This document shows positions 13,720 to 28,030 of a stretch of 64,000 bases of DNA, piece after piece. The stretch comes from Octopus vulgaris (Eukaryota), in assembly GCA_951406725.2 (NCBI GenBank), contig OX597837.1, positions 18,042,001 to 18,106,000 on the forward strand. The letters are read 5' to 3'. Every line of letters starts with the position of its first letter. Positions within the stretch are counted from its first letter, which is position 1. The position numbers and the translations under genes were made by a program. The notes under the pieces are model-generated. The model had not been told where the DNA came from, did no database searches, and saw only the letters and a list, made by a program, of their open reading frames with translations.

Positions 13720-13925
13720 AATGAGCTGACAGAATCATTAGTATGCTGGGCAAAATGCTTAGCAGCATTTTGTCCATCTTCACATTCTGAGTTCAAATTC
13801 CACTGAGATCAACATTGCCTTTCATCCTTTTCGGGCTGATAAAATAAGTACAAGTAAAGGGGTTGATGTAATCTATGTAACCCCTCTCCCTGAAATTGGT
13901 CAAGTCCTAAAATTTGAAATCAATA
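13720..13925 (+). mobile_element. tRNA-derived SINE with Meta/MESC-like central domain
   Basis: gagctgacagaatc..B-box gagttcaaattcc..gcctttcatccttt.cggg.tgataaaataagtac. Same family as 63069-63274. Confidence 0.75.
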
Positions 13926-14692
13926 TTGTTCTGTCTGTCTCTCCATGCAACTAAAAAAGAAAAAGTCTGAATACAGAACACTTGTTAAATAGAGTAAGTA
14001 TAATGAATTTTCTGAGTATTGTATATCATTATATGCAGACAAATCTGCATATATCCATGTATTTTTCAAGGCGAAATGTGGTGTATACTGCCATTCCCCC
14101 ACACATTTATGGTCACATATACAAATATAAACACACATACATGTGATTGTGTGTGTTTGTATAGGAGAATGCACATACATATTGAATGTGATACTCCAGC
14201 ATGGTCTTGGTCATGATGGCTAAGCTAAAATGTCTATGTTGCAAAAAGTCAGATCACACATTCATTAAGTCTGGATCCATAGCTAACATTGTTTGTCTCA
14301 TTTCAGATTATTCCTCTCACCACATAGTGTCCCCTGGTGCTCTGTTGAGACACCAGATCCCTGTAAAGCCGTTATGAGTGACTTTCCTTCACTCTTATCA
14401 CGAAAAGGAAAAATTGATGAGAAATCACAAGTGCAGTTGTAAGTAGACCATTGTCTTTTATTTATTTTTTTGTTGTTGTTTTTTTTATTTTCATAAGGTA
14501 ATTATCAAAAAATGTCTATTAAGATATATATGTACATAAATGAAAAATATATAGACCTATATATTGTAATTTCTCTAACACAATCACACAGACTCTCTCT
14601 CTCTTTTCTAGATCTATGTGATGTACACATCTAGTAGCCTTAAAATATTTGTGACACTATATGTGTACATGTGGGAATATGTGTATGTATAT

Positions 14693-14748
<56 letters not shown>

Positions 14749-15166
14749 TATATATAAGTAGTATAAAAACTATATTCAAAAAATCAAGCAGCATTTACAG
14801 TAAGCTCCTCGATTTGGAATTGGCTATCAGGGGTGTGTGTGTGTGTGTGTATTTGTATATATATATAATTCATATATTTATATATAAATATGTGTATATA
14901 CGTCTGTGTGTATGTATATATTGGGGAAAAAAACTACATGTACTCACTGTAAAAATCAAAATGCATTGTATCTTACTTCATCCCTCTCAGTTTTTCTCAT
15001 CAAATGCTATTGATGCAAAGATTGTTTACTTGTTGACAGTCTAAGTGTAATGTTTTCTCTTGCTTCTTTGCTAATGAACATTGGATATTTTCTAATGGAT
15101 GGTTCTTAAGAGAATTCCATGATATTCACCAAAGTTCTTTCCACTAAACTAAAATAACTATGTTTG

Positions 15167-15380
15167 AATGCATCTTATTAAGTATGTCTTACTGAGTGTG
15201 TCATGTTTGGTGTCTTGCTGAGTGGGTCTTGTGAAGTGTGCTGTACATAGTGTTCCTCATTGAATGTACTTTGCTGAGTATGTCTTGTGGAGTACATCTT
15301 GTTGAGAGTCGTGTTGAGCATGCCTTGCTGAGGGTGGCATGTTGAGTATGCCTTGTGGAGTGTACTGTGTTGAGTGTGTA
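15167..15380. repeat. Diverged ~14-bp minisatellite
   Basis: Units such as gagtatgtcttgtg, gagtacatcttgtt, gagcatgccttgct, gagtatgccttgtg. Confidence 0.7.
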
Positions 15381-15958
15381 TGTTTTAATTCAATACACAC
15401 ACACAACTCCCTTTCTTGGTTTTAATGAACTTGATGACTCTAGCGACCAAGTGTGATAGCATATCATATATAATACATATTCTATATTGAATATCACATA
15501 ATATTGAATATTGTATATTAGATATCACATATAATATTACATACTGTATATTACAAATTGCATATAATGTTCATTGAAACTCTTTTAGCTGACAAATAAG
15601 CAAGTATGTTGTTTCTACTGTTTAACTCCACGTCAGCCTTGATCAAGCAAACTTATGATTATAGGCATTCCAGTTATGACCATTCCATCTTGTTTCTGTC
15701 AGTCTGTTCCCCAGTCTCAATTATCCATTGCTCTTTTTTTAAGGCAGTGGCATGTCATTTGAGAGAGATTTGGGTGTTATTTCTAGTAAGTCAGTGACCG
15801 TATACAAACACTCCTTGGCTGCCAAGTTTTTTCTAGTGTGATGAATAAATAGCAGATTGTTCTTGTCAAGGTGTGGGAATCATTTTCCTGTTATCTACTT
15901 ATATGAGAAGCCACAGTGACAAGTATTTTGCCACTTCTCTCTCTCCCCTCAGTCTCTG

Positions 15959-15994
<36 letters not shown>

Positions 15995-17697
15995 ACACAC
16001 ACACACACACTGACCACATACTTTGAATGTGCAACATTATACAGCAAAGACTGAATGGTAGTGGTTAAAACACTGATGGCTGACATTACACAGGACATCA
16101 TATATATGTAAAGTGGATAAATAATAGATAAGCAAAACAAGAGGGATCATAAGATAAGGAGGAGGCAAACAAACAATATATAAAGTTAGACAAGCAAAAC
16201 ATGATGGAATACCTATAGAAAAATAAACAAAACAATGACAATCAAGAAGTGTGTACAATTAAAACTAATGCCAAAGGAGAAGAAATGAAAGAGGATCTGA
16301 CAGTTATACACTTTATCAAAGAATAGTGAAAAGTTTAACTGGAGAAGAAATGGGAATATTATAATTATGACGTCCGTTCACATTGCAGAAAAGAAATTGA
16401 ATAGTGAGCTCATATGACTGGAAGTAGAAGCACAATTTGGGTGATAGGTAGAGAGAGAAAGAGAGAGCAAGAGAGGAGGAGGTGAGATGAGTAGGGGAAG
16501 TATATAAATGTTGGTGTGCATGTATGATATAGTTAAATGGACAATGGAGTCATCCGTTGGTATCAGGAAGGCATCCAGTTACAGAAACCATGTTAAAAAT
16601 AAAATTGCATCAACAAAATGTGGTCCTTTGACCCATCTTAGAAAGCAGTAACTCTGAGTAAGAACTGACTCTGAACATGATCTATCCAGTTCATGTCAGT
16701 ATAGAAAGTTGACATAAAAATGATGATAAATGATCATCATTTAACAAACATCTCCCAGCTTGGCATGGAGTGAATGGTTTAAACAGGGTCTGGTAAGTCA
16801 GAGAACTGCATTGGACTTTCATGACTACTTTGGCATGGAATATACTGGTTGCTTTTCTCACAGCATCTGCCTTAGTGATGTTGCCATGTAACTCACAAGA
16901 ACAAAAAGCCTCCTTGACTGAATGGGATTGTAGAAGAGGGGGAAGTAACTTTATGCACTGAGAATCTGCTCTACCCTAACCTCTTTTACTTTAACCCCCA
17001 TCTAACATATGAATGTAACACCTTTCCTTCCTAAGTTTGTTGACTTTGCAAGCTACATGGTGATGTTAATAGTGCTGGTGGCATGAAAATAGCAGCCAGT
17101 TAGTCCACACTGTAAAGTGGTTGGCTTTAGGAAGAGCAACTGTGTTTAAGCAGACACAGGAGCACAATGCAGTCCTTCAACTCATCGGAACCTTGTCAAA
17201 CTGTTCAACCCATGTAAGAATGGAACATGGACATTAAATAATGATGATGACAACGACGATAATTATATAAATGCACAGGCATGGCCATATGGCTAGGAAA
17301 TTTGCTTCTCAAACAATTGGTTTCAAGTTCAGTCCCTCACTGTGTAGCACCTTGAGTGTTTTCTACTGTGACCTTGGGCTGACAAATGCCTTGTGAGTGA
17401 ATCTGGTAAACAAAAACTATACAAAGCCCATTACATGTGCATTTTTGTGAACATTTACCCTGCACTTCACTTGAAAATGCACTGAATTTCAAACAGTGAT
17501 GTTTGTTGACATTCCTTGTTAAATCTCTTCTAACTCTGTGCTTTTGAAGAGGAACTGAATGAAAAGTTCTTTACTTGAAGAACAGGTTGGGGTTAGCAAC
17601 AAGAAGGGAATCCAGCTACAAGACAATAAGTAGTTGTCTAACTCGTGTTAGCATGCGATAATGGAGGAAAATAAGTGAACAGGTGTACGTGCACACC

Positions 17698-17736
<39 letters not shown>

Positions 17737-18392
17737 ACATACACACACACACACACACTTAATTGCTTGTCAGGTCTGAACACCTTGGTAGAGATAGTTA
17801 TGTCTAGTCTGGCTATCTTGTACATACTTCCCTTTCCTTTAGTGTTTAGTACTTATGTTGCCATGTCTCTCCCTTTAGCTACTCTCTCATCCTGGATGTT
17901 CTGCTGTGTCAAGGGCAGGTGGGCCACCTAGAACAACAATTAGTTAAAGCATGGTACATGCTGATACCAAGTCATCCTAAGTTATGTGTGACTGTCATAG
18001 ATTTGAAAGTAATGTGGTTGTTATTTCTAGTAGGTCAAGTAACCACATAGCAGAAACCTAATACCATGAAACATTTTTCTCCAATTCCTAACATTTGCAT
18101 GTCATTTCACTTTGTAACTTTGAAACAATGATATTGATGAGCTAATGAAGGAGCTCCCATATGGTTGCTTAATCTGCTCCAAATAGAAGCTGAATTTGCT
18201 TCAAATTACACCCTACTGTCTTAAAAATATAAGACACATTGGATAATATAAACCCAGATATACTACAGTTAAATAAAGGACAGGATAGACATCGTCAAGT
18301 AACCTTTCATCATAGGTCTTCTGTCAGATTGACCTGGGACTAAACAATAGCGATACCATATTTCTGTTTCGAATTGTTTTCAGTCTGTTTAA

Positions 18393-18606
18393 CCGTTTAG
18401 TGTTCAGATTACTCTGTTAAATGTAATATTTTTTTACTCAAATTGTTTTAATTAATCATGTATTATCTTATAGTTTTGAGGTTTCAATGATGTGATTGTT
18501 TTATAATGTCAATGTAGGTTAGGTGTGAGAGCCCTGATCTGGTCAGTTTAAACATAAAATAGGTAGAAAACTTTGGCCAGATATGGCCAGTTTAAACACT
18601 CAAGGG
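18393..18606 (+). mobile_element. piggyBac-type MITE with TTAA TSD
   Basis: TTAA|CCGTTTAGTGTT ... AACACTCAAGGG|TTAA; short imperfect TIRs, no coding capacity. Confidence 0.8.
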
Positions 18607-20022
18607 TTAAGGATTTGATTTGTTTTTTGTAACAATTACAATGGATTAGTGACTGAAAGAAATAGCTCATTAAAACAGAAATGATGGTGATGACAAAACC
18701 TTGATGATGACAACAGTGGTAGTGGTGGTAGTGGCAGTGGTAGCAACAGTGGAAGTGATGATTATAGCAGTAGTGTTAATGACAGTAATGATGGTGGTGA
18801 TGATGATGACAGTGGTAGTAGTGATGATGAAAGCAGTGTGGTGGTAGTGTGGATGTGAAGAAACAAAAATAATTCATTGTTTCTAGTGAATGGTAAGTTG
18901 AAATAAACTCTTAACATCCAAAATTAAAAATTCATATTACTCTTTTGTAAACCACCCAACATCAATTTGGGTTTTTAAAAAAATTTTTTTCATAATTTGT
19001 CATTGTAATGTTCCATCATATATCAGCCGCCCTTGTGGCAAAATATATTTTTTAAAAATCATTATTGTTGTTTCTGTAAAGCTTGTTTTTTCTGTAATTG
19101 TTGTTGTTGTACTTTGATCTTTCCATCATGTTCAAACATAATTAAATCCAATATTACAATTTAAATATCGATGTAATGAATCTAGCTAACGATCAAGACA
19201 TTATGATTTCATTTTTGTATTATATCACAGAACTTTTTTTCTCTCTAATCAACAAACAAATGTCTAATAATAACCCCCTTCTCATTTCTGATTTTCTAAT
19301 TTCATCCAACAATTTGAAAAGAAAACAATTTTAAGCGAATGTAAATAATGTTTGATCACAGCTCACTAGAATGAGGGTTTTAATTCTTGATTGCAATTAA
19401 TTCACTTCAGTAATAACCCCTTCAGTGATAAGGCATGAATATCACACATTCTCATTCTTCACTCTTATAAATCTATCTTTTTCATCTTTGCTTTCTTTTT
19501 TTTTTCTTCTTTGCAATATTTGAATAATAATGTCACTGATTATTATAAGTTTTCAGTGGGCCGATCACTAATTCATTGCAAAGGGCTTACATTGAAGAAC
19601 ACTGGTCTTTCACTGACTGGTGAAGCAAGTAGCAGCATATGCACACACACATGTGCACATACTGGGCTTCCACATAATTTCCATTCACCAAATTCCACTC
19701 ACTGAGGCATTGGTCAGTCCATGGCTATGGTAGAAAACACATGCCTCAATTAATCCACAGTAGAATCAAACCTAGACCCACATGGTTGTGAAGTGTACTT
19801 GTTAACCCCATAGCTTTGCCTGTGCCTGTTTCTTTGTGTTTTACCTTATTCTGTCCTTGTGAGTCAGTCACTGACTCAGGTATACAGCCAATTTTATACA
19901 CATTTATAATTAAAGCCATTGAGAGGAGCATGTGATATCTCGCATTGTCTGATGTCCATTATGACTCTTAAAGGTTATTTACATGTTTTAATCAGTCGTG
20001 AAGGTTTTATAATTATTTATAA

Positions 20023-20074
<52 letters not shown>

Positions 20075-20965
20075 CACATATTATAATTAGTGAATCATGT
20101 AAGATGAACTAGCTAAACAATTTATATACAAACTCTCCTGTATTCAGTGGGAGACCTTTATGAAAGGGAACTTAGCATGTAATACAAGTTCTCTTTGCAG
20201 TTTTCTCTTTTGATGTATAAGAACACACCATAAGTTCTAAATACTGATTGTATGTTATGCAATTTAACTTTAAATTACACTGCATAATTACATAGATTAT
20301 ATATACACAAAAATATATGTTTGTGTATATCTGTGTGAAGTGAGGGCCAGTATAGGAATCCCCTTGGTATTCATATCCAACAGAGTCGTGTTCCTTTGTA
20401 CCAAGATTCACTTTGCCTTTTGCAAGTCACAAGAATGGTGAAATGAATGCCACTTGAAGTACTGTGCTGAATAAAAACAACTAAAAAACAAAACACTTGA
20501 AGGTGAAACTCTAGCATGGTTGGAATCCAGTGACTGAAACTAGTAACAGAACTTATTTTCTTGCTCTCCTTATGTATCAAAGGCCTTATACTTTAGTAAG
20601 AAATCACATCTTCTCATATCAGTAGTTTCTATTTTTTAGTTATTAATTTCATTGTAACATAAAAATTTTATATATTTTCTCATACTTAAAAAAAATTCTA
20701 TTCATATAGAAATTGTAAAACAGCAAAGTGTTTTTATTGTAATGTCTTGCAATAGAGTTTATTATATTTTCAAAAAAAAAATCCTTTATTATTTTATATT
20801 AATTTATTTTTCTGAATTGAGTTTTACCATCACACTTTCTTTTGACTGCAGTTAGTTTTGTAAGACTTCCATGTTTATAAAAAAGATGAATAGACAAATT
20901 ACATTGTTTACATATATATACATATATAACATATATACATATATATAAATATATATATATATATA

Positions 20966-21160
20966 TGTGACCTCGTGAATACCTCCAGCAATTTTTTTTC
21001 CTCTGTCCTCCCATCTCGGGATCTTTCCTTCTCCTTGTTTCCGACGAAGAGCTCCGCTCGAAACGTCAAACCCTCCTTCTTCCCTTCTTCCCTGAGCGTC
21101 CAATAATACTTTATTTGTTCCACATCCTTGCGTTGTTGTCTTTTTGTTTTCTTGTTTGGA
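20966..21160 (+). mobile_element. Solo Penelope-type pLTR between (TA)n tracts, containing a minimal hammerhead motif
   Basis: CpG-rich island in AT-rich DNA; gttt-CCGACGA-a-GAGC tcc GCTC-GAAAC-GTC-aaac at 21037-21071. A diverged related copy lies at ~34570-34720 (-). Confidence 0.7.
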
Positions 21161-21163
21161 TTA

Positions 21164-21201
<38 letters not shown>

Positions 21202-21604
21202 CATACACAGAAACAAAATGGAGTTTTTGAAACAACAATCACTCATGAGATGCTGAGTCTGAAATACATTGTATTATTCTTTCATTCTTTTGTTACCTTT
21301 CATCATTGGACAGCAACCATTCTAGGGCTCTCCCTTTTTACAATCCTAGTATTTATCTGCCTCAAGCTTATCAATCCCTTACCAAATGGCTAAGTTTTAC
21401 TTTTTGGCTGCATAAAAGAACATGGCTCACTGCACTGTTTTTCACATTACCCACACACATCCATTCATCTGTCCATCAATTAGTCAGTTTGTTGTGTAGC
21501 TGGAATGTGTGCCACCCAGGGCAGCCCTTTGAGTTTTTCTAATTCTGTAATCCCTGGGTGACAAACTGTGCAAGCTTATACAACAGGTCTAAAAGTGGTG
21601 TCCT

Positions 21605-22000
21605 TATAAAAGCATAGCTCTGTGATTTAGGAGGTTGCTTTTCAGCCACGTGGTCTGAGGTTCAGTCCCGCTACATGGGCAAGTGTCTTCTACTGTAATC
21701 CTGGACTGACTAAAGTCTTGTGAATGAGTTTGGTGGATGGAAACTGAAAAAGAGATCTGTCATATATGTATTTGTACATGAGTGTGTATCTTCTTGGCTT
21801 AATATCACCACCATACAAAGGGTGTTGTTTTGTTTGCAATCCTCCTTGCATAAAATGTCCAGACTAGGAGAAAATATTGTCTCCCTTAGAAACGAGTTCA
21901 AGTTGGTTACAATAAGGACATCTGGTTATAGAAAATTTTCTTCAATAAATTCCGTTTGACTCCTTCAAGCATGGGAAAGTAAATGCTACCATGATGATGA
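21605..22000 (+). mobile_element. tRNA/CORE-like SINE with RTE-derived tail
   Basis: Head ggttcagtccc..tgggcaagtgtcttctact..gtgaatgagtttggtggatggaaactg; tail agcatgggaaagtaaatg..atgatgatga. Similar copies at 17275-17620 and 39211-39632. Confidence 0.65.
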
Positions 22001-22587
22001 CAGTACTGCCACCTCCAATATATTGACAGTTTTTACTTGCTGAGTCTGGAAGAAGAGACAGTAACCCCTGATGCTCAGAGGCACTGTGAGACCAGTGAAG
22101 TTGATGCTTCTTAGTCATACAGCCATGTCTCTGCTGATGTTATGAGATTTTTCTGTTTAAGTTATTGGAAATAAATCTTATGGTTGATCAGATTGTACTG
22201 GCTGTATTTCTGGACAAGCTTTAAAAAAGTTGTTGTTTAACCCCACAACTCTCCTTCAGATCCAACCCTGCAATCATAGAAAAAATATATTGTAGCCTGA
22301 AGGGTATTTTGCTTAAACACACCACATTGATGGTGCTGGTGCTGGTACAGACAGTAAAGAAATGTATTTTTGATTTTATACAAGAATCTGAGTTTTGATA
22401 TCTCTGTACAACTATAATACTCCCACTGTTGCTGGTACTATTCCTGCTGCTAGTTCTACTACTACTACTTACCTTCTCCCCATTCTCTAATTAAAAAAAT
22501 CAACAAGTCATTTACTGCATTCACCACAAATTACTCAGCTGGCTACGGAAATGCAACTGAATCTGTTAACACACACACACACACACA

Positions 22588-22644
<57 letters not shown>

Positions 22645-23169
22645 GTCAATGTTGTTAATTAGCAAGATTCTAGGTAGGTGTCCAACTGTACAAGGTTGTA
22701 TTGGGATGGAAGTTATTAACTATATAACCTTTCTCCCTTTCCATACTCTTTTTGCTTTCTTTTAATTTCTGGTTTATTTATTTTTTATTAAATGCTTCTT
22801 TTTATAAGCTATCTTTTTATTGTTTGTTTTCATCTTTTAACAAACAACTACAAACATGAAAAGGCAACCATTACAAAATAAACATCACAACCAACACAGC
22901 AACAATAACCATCACAACACCGCCAACATAACTATAGCCATAGGTATAGCTGTGTGGTTAGCACTTCACTCCTCATACATATGCTTCTTCGGTATGAGGT
23001 TAACTAATATTTTGAAAACGAAATTTGCTTAGAACCTGTTCAAGTGCTTTGTGTGTACATCTATAGAGAAAATGCTTTGAGAACGAAACATTTGTGCAAC
23101 TTCAAGACATTTATTTATAAAAAATTATATTTATGAATAACATCTCAGATGAGCCCATGTTATTTTTGT

Positions 23170-23564
23170 GGCGCAGGCATGGGTGTGTGGTAAGAAACTT
23201 ACTTCCCAACCACATGGTTCTGAGCTCAGTCCCACTGTGTGGCACTTTGGGCAAGTGTCTTCTACTATAGCCTCAGGCCAACCAAACACTTATGAGTGGA
23301 TTTGGTTGATGGAAACTGGAAGAAGCCCATCATATATATATATATATATTTATATATGTGTGTGTGTCTGTGTCTGTCCCCCCCGCCATCACTTGACAAC
23401 TGATGCTGGTGTGTTTATGTCCCTATAACTTGGCAGTTCAGCAAAAGAGGCTGATAGAATAAGGACTAGGCTTACAAAGATCGATTTCTTTGACTAATAC
23501 CCTTTAAGGCAGTGCCCCAGCATAGCTGCAGTCAAATGACTGAAACAAGTAAAAGAATAAAAGA
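23170..23564 (+). mobile_element. Full-length tRNA/CORE-like SINE with CR1-like tail
   Basis: Same structure as 37841-38247, ending cagtcaaatgactgaaacaagtaaaagaataaaaga. Confidence 0.85.
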
Positions 23565-23999
23565 ATATATATTTCACTTAGCCATTGTGATACTAATAAT
23601 CTGGGGGTAGAACTCAGTATACATATGCATCAGAACAAAGTGTTAGTTGAGTACAGAGTGGTAACAAGAAAGAGATGACAAAGGAATAACTTATATTTGA
23701 GGCTCCAATGAAGCTATAAGGTGTTAATCAGGCCCTCAGCTATGAGTCCACTGCATCTTATAACAGAAACAGCTGTAAGCTAATGAAGTTCATAATCAAT
23801 TATTCCTTTGTCATTTCATTTTCCTAGACATGGAGCCCAGGCAGCTCTTCAGCTGGCTAACTTCTGTCAAACCATCCAACCCATGCTGGTATGGGAAACA
23901 GATGTTAAATGATGATGATGATATATATTATGTAAAATATAAGTTAGAGGTAATGTAACCTTCTAAGGGATAGATGTATCCATAGGCATTTCTGGTATT

Positions 24000-24900
24000 A
24001 CCTCAGTATGTATGGTCCTTGTTGTAAGGTATAAGGTAGTAGGTAATTTAAAGGTAAAACCGTGGTTTAATATATAGAGAGACAATAAGAACTGGAGCAA
24101 TTAACAGTGAGAAGTGGATCATTGGTCGTTATTTAATTAAGATAAGAGTATGTTTACAGCTGTTTCTTTATATCAAGCTGTACCTTATTACAATTGATAG
24201 ACAACTTCATAATGGTTATGTGGCAAAAGATAAATAGAAGGAAAATAGAAAGAAAGGAAAACAGAAAAATGTTCATTAATTCAATAGCATTACATTTTAG
24301 TGACTTCCATAATTCATTGTATCAGTTGGAGGATAGAAGAGAAGAGAGCTTGTTAAATCTGTGGTCTTATAATGAGTTAGTTTCATAATTCCATATGTCC
24401 ATAGGTTCTAGCATCTGGTGCCCATGGCCAGTTGACTGCCGGTGTAAGCCGAGGGAGTTCTAGCTATTTGTCCGGTGTAGTTATTTGGACACATGTGACG
24501 CTAATTTATAACTTGTAATTAGTTTATGTAATTTCAAAGGAAGCTGTAGTATAAGGCTAATGTTATTATTTAAAGTGTGTATGATACAGTGTGTACAATG
24601 GGCGAAGTAAAGGGTTGAAGAGTGCATAGAAAAACAATAAGATCGATAGGGAAATTATAGCATGTAAAATGAGTCGGTAGTCTAGCTATCAAGTGAAATT
24701 AAATTATAGGAAAACAGTGCCCTAGCATAGTACATAAAATAAGTAAAAGTTCAGTAAATAGTTATAATGTGAAGTGAAGTTGAGCAGTAATAAGTGGTAC
24801 GTGAAAAGGTTAAGGGGAGATAATAAGAAGTAAAGCAGGTTTGCTAATAATCTGTAAAATTTATTAAGTAGATGTGGTTTGGCCATTAAGATAAAGAATT
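24000..24900 (-). mobile_element. Old Penelope-like remnant (GIY-YIG fragment plus pLTR)
   Basis: Reverse complement of ~24460-24515 reads YKL..(fs)MCPNNYTGQIAR (~IYK..C..C...YIGQT.R). A GAAACAGCTGTA motif is on the minus strand at ~24155-24167. Confidence 0.45.
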
Positions 24901-26178
24901 TCTCATTTACACAGAGATCACATATATATAAGGTGAAGACATGACTGTGTCGTAAGAAGTTTGCTGCCCCATCACATGAGCTCAGGTTCAGTCCTACTGC
25001 ATGGCATCTTGGGCAAGAGTCAACTACTACCAAAGCCTTGTGAATTTATTTTGTTCGTGGAAACTGAAAGCAGCCTGTCATATATAACTACCTATCTATA
25101 TATATGACAGGCTGCCCAAGGTGTCACGCAGTGTGACTAAGACTGAGGCCATGTATTTGGGAAGCAAACTTCTTACCACACAGTCATGCTTTCATCTTTT
25201 CTATATATCTATGTACGTGTGTGTATGGATCTTTTGCCAATATATTTTGTTGGGAGACATACATATTAGTGAGAAAAACAATAAACTAAAGTGCTCAAAA
25301 ACGAATTCTTTGTGTTATTGCTTCTGCCTGAGTAACACAGATACACCCCTCCCCTGTCACCATTGCCATCAAAATTGCAGTGAACCAGAGATTGGTATGT
25401 TGGAAACTTGTAAATGACTTGTGGTTGATAAGATAAATAGTATAGAAAAAGAAACCCAAACACAACTGCCACAACAGCATTGCTATTTCATTGTGTGGGT
25501 TAATGGTTATTTCTTTATACTTGCTATCTAGTTACTTATGTGTGTGCATGCATACACATACTCAGAAGTTAATTGTCCACACCACTGCTTCACAAAGTTT
25601 TTTGCTACATTCTATAGTTTGGACAACAAATTCTCAGTAGCAATGGAATGAATCATCAGCTTCCTTCAAACTAAATAAACTTTACTATAAGCATTGAGTA
25701 CTTTTTTCCATTCTGCCTGTGAGTACACACACATAAACTTAGAGGGACATTTAGCCCAATCACTAAGAGTGCATAATGGCTTAACAGGTACTATGGTTTT
25801 ATGCCTATGTGTATTACACAGATAGAATGACTGATTGAGGATCAAATATATTGCTTAAGAAGAATATGAAATATTTACCACAAGTTGCCTAACCAGTCAT
25901 CCAGATGTTTCAGTGGCTATTCAGCTGCATCAGACACACCCAAACAAGGCACTAGTGTTTTTTTCTCTCAGTTTTGCAATATTACATTCTACAATATTTA
26001 CAAATGCTTTCAAGTTTTATAATAATCTTCACATAAATCTTTCTGTGTTAGTTTACCTGAAGATTGTTGGGAAACAGGAAAGTACTTGTAAATATTGTAA
26101 ACTGCAATAGTATACATGTATTATATATGTATATATATATGTGTGTGTGCATAAATATATGTATGTATATATATATAT

Positions 26179-26395
26179 GATGTAACAGATGCGGAAGTGC
26201 ACATACCAGGGTATGCTGTATTTCATACAGATAGAAGAGAAAGAAGCCACAGTGGAGTTGCTATGTACATTCAGGATAATCTCATACCTCTTGTATTATT
26301 GTCACATTCGAACTCAGTTTGCAACACCTTAATAATACATATAAAGCAAGCTGATGTAGCTGTATGCACAATATATCGTGCGCCGAATACCTCAA
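26179..26395 (+). mobile_element. APE endonuclease fragment of a CR1-like LINE
   Basis: DAEVHIPGYAVFHTDRRERSHSGVAMYI...VCTIYRAPN matches the LINE APE motifs GY..FR.DR..GGV..Y and YRPP. Confidence 0.75.
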
Positions 26396-26399
26396 TATA

Positions 26400-28030
26400 T
26401 CATTATCATCATCATCGTCGTTTAACATCCGCTTTCCATGCTAGCATGGGTTGGACGATTTTGACTGAAGGCTGGCAAACCAGATGGCTGCAGTCTTGAT
26501 CTGGCAGAGTTTCTACAGCTGGATCCCCTTCCTAACGCCTACCACTCCGAGAGTGTAGTGGGTGCTTTTTACGTGCCACCGCATGGGGGCCAGTCAGGCG
26601 GTACTGGTAATGACCTCGTTAGAATCTTTTTATATGTGCCAGTGAAACGAAGTTGGTAATGATCACGCTCGAATGGTGCCCTTTTACGTGCAACTGGTAC
26701 GGAAGCCAGTTGGCTGCTATGGCAACGATCACGCTTGGCACCCTACTAGCACAGGCATAAGTGCCAGTAAGGCGACGCTTGTAACGATCATACTCGAATA
26801 GCCACTCTGTCAATGATCACACTCGTATGGTGCTCTTTGCACCCCGCTAGCATGGATGCCAGTCATCGAAATGATTTTGATTTTGATTTCACTTGCCTCA
26901 ACAGGTCTTTGCAAGCAAAGTTTAGTGACCAAAGAAGGAAAAGGTACGCATAAGCGGGCTGGTTATGCTCCTGGCATAGGCCACGGGTTATAGTCTCATC
27001 TGGCTTGCTGGGTCTTCTTGAGCACAGTATATTTCCAAAAGTCTCGGTCGCTAGTCATTTCTTTATATGTATTATTAGGTGAGGCCTAATGTTCGAAGGT
27101 CGTGCTTCACCACTTCATCCTGGGTCTACCTCTTCCACAGGTTCCCTCAACCGCTAGGGTGTGGCACTTTTTCACACAGCTGTCCTCATCCATTCTCGCC
27201 ACATGACCATACCAGTGCAGTCGTCTCTCTTGCACACCACATCTAATGCTTCTTAGGTCCAACTTTTCTCTCAAGGTACTTACACTCTGTTGAGTATGCA
27301 CACTGACATTACACATCCATCGGATCATACTGGCTTCATTCCTTGCGAGCTTACGTATATCCTCAGCAGTCACAGCCCATGTTTCACTGCCGTGTAGCAT
27401 GGCTGTTCGTATACATGCATCATACAGTCTACCTTTTACTCTGAGCGAGAGGCCCTTTGTCACCAGCAGAGGTAAGAGCTCTCTGAACTTTGCCCAAGCT
27501 ATTCTTTTTCTAGCAGCTACACTTTCAGTGTACCCTCCTCCGATACTGACTTGGTCACCTAGATAATGGAAGCTATCAACTACTAGTTTTTCTCCCTGGA
27601 ATGTGGCAGAAGTTGGTCTCTGCATTTTCAGTGTTTATCGCTCCCAAGCATCTGCTACATACAAAAACTATCTTCCCAGTTAGCTTTCCTTTCATATTAC
27701 TGCACCACTTATGTGTCCATAGCTTACACTGGGTACATCTTATAGAGTTTCTACCTACACCTCTACTACAGATCGAGCAGGGCCATCTACCTGAAGGGAT
27801 TTGTGGTTTGGCTGCCTTCCTACTTATTAGGACTGGTTTTAGCTAGGTTGATTCTAAGGCCCTTCGATTCTAATCCTTGTTTCCACACTTGAAACTTCTC
27901 TTCTAGTTCTGATAGTGACGCAGCGATTAGAGCAAGGTCGTCAGCATAGAGGAGCTCCCAGGGGCATCTTGTCTTGAATTCCTCCGTTATTGCCTGGAGG
28001 ACTATGATAAATAGGAGGAGGCTGAGGACT
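26400..28030 (-). mobile_element. RTE LINE (family A), 5'-truncated, with complete 3' UTR
   Basis: LLYADDL, GLRINLAKT, PHD-type finger, SFHYLGD, MLHGSETW, LHWYGHVARM, GRGRP; tail ends in (gat)n at ~26400. Confidence 0.92.

Noticed and set aside
18680-18860. Ser/Gly/Asp-like low-complexity stretch (also 37010-37120, 59400-59490)
   Set aside because: Degenerate (GAT/GGT/AGT)n triplet repeats with no splice or ORF support.
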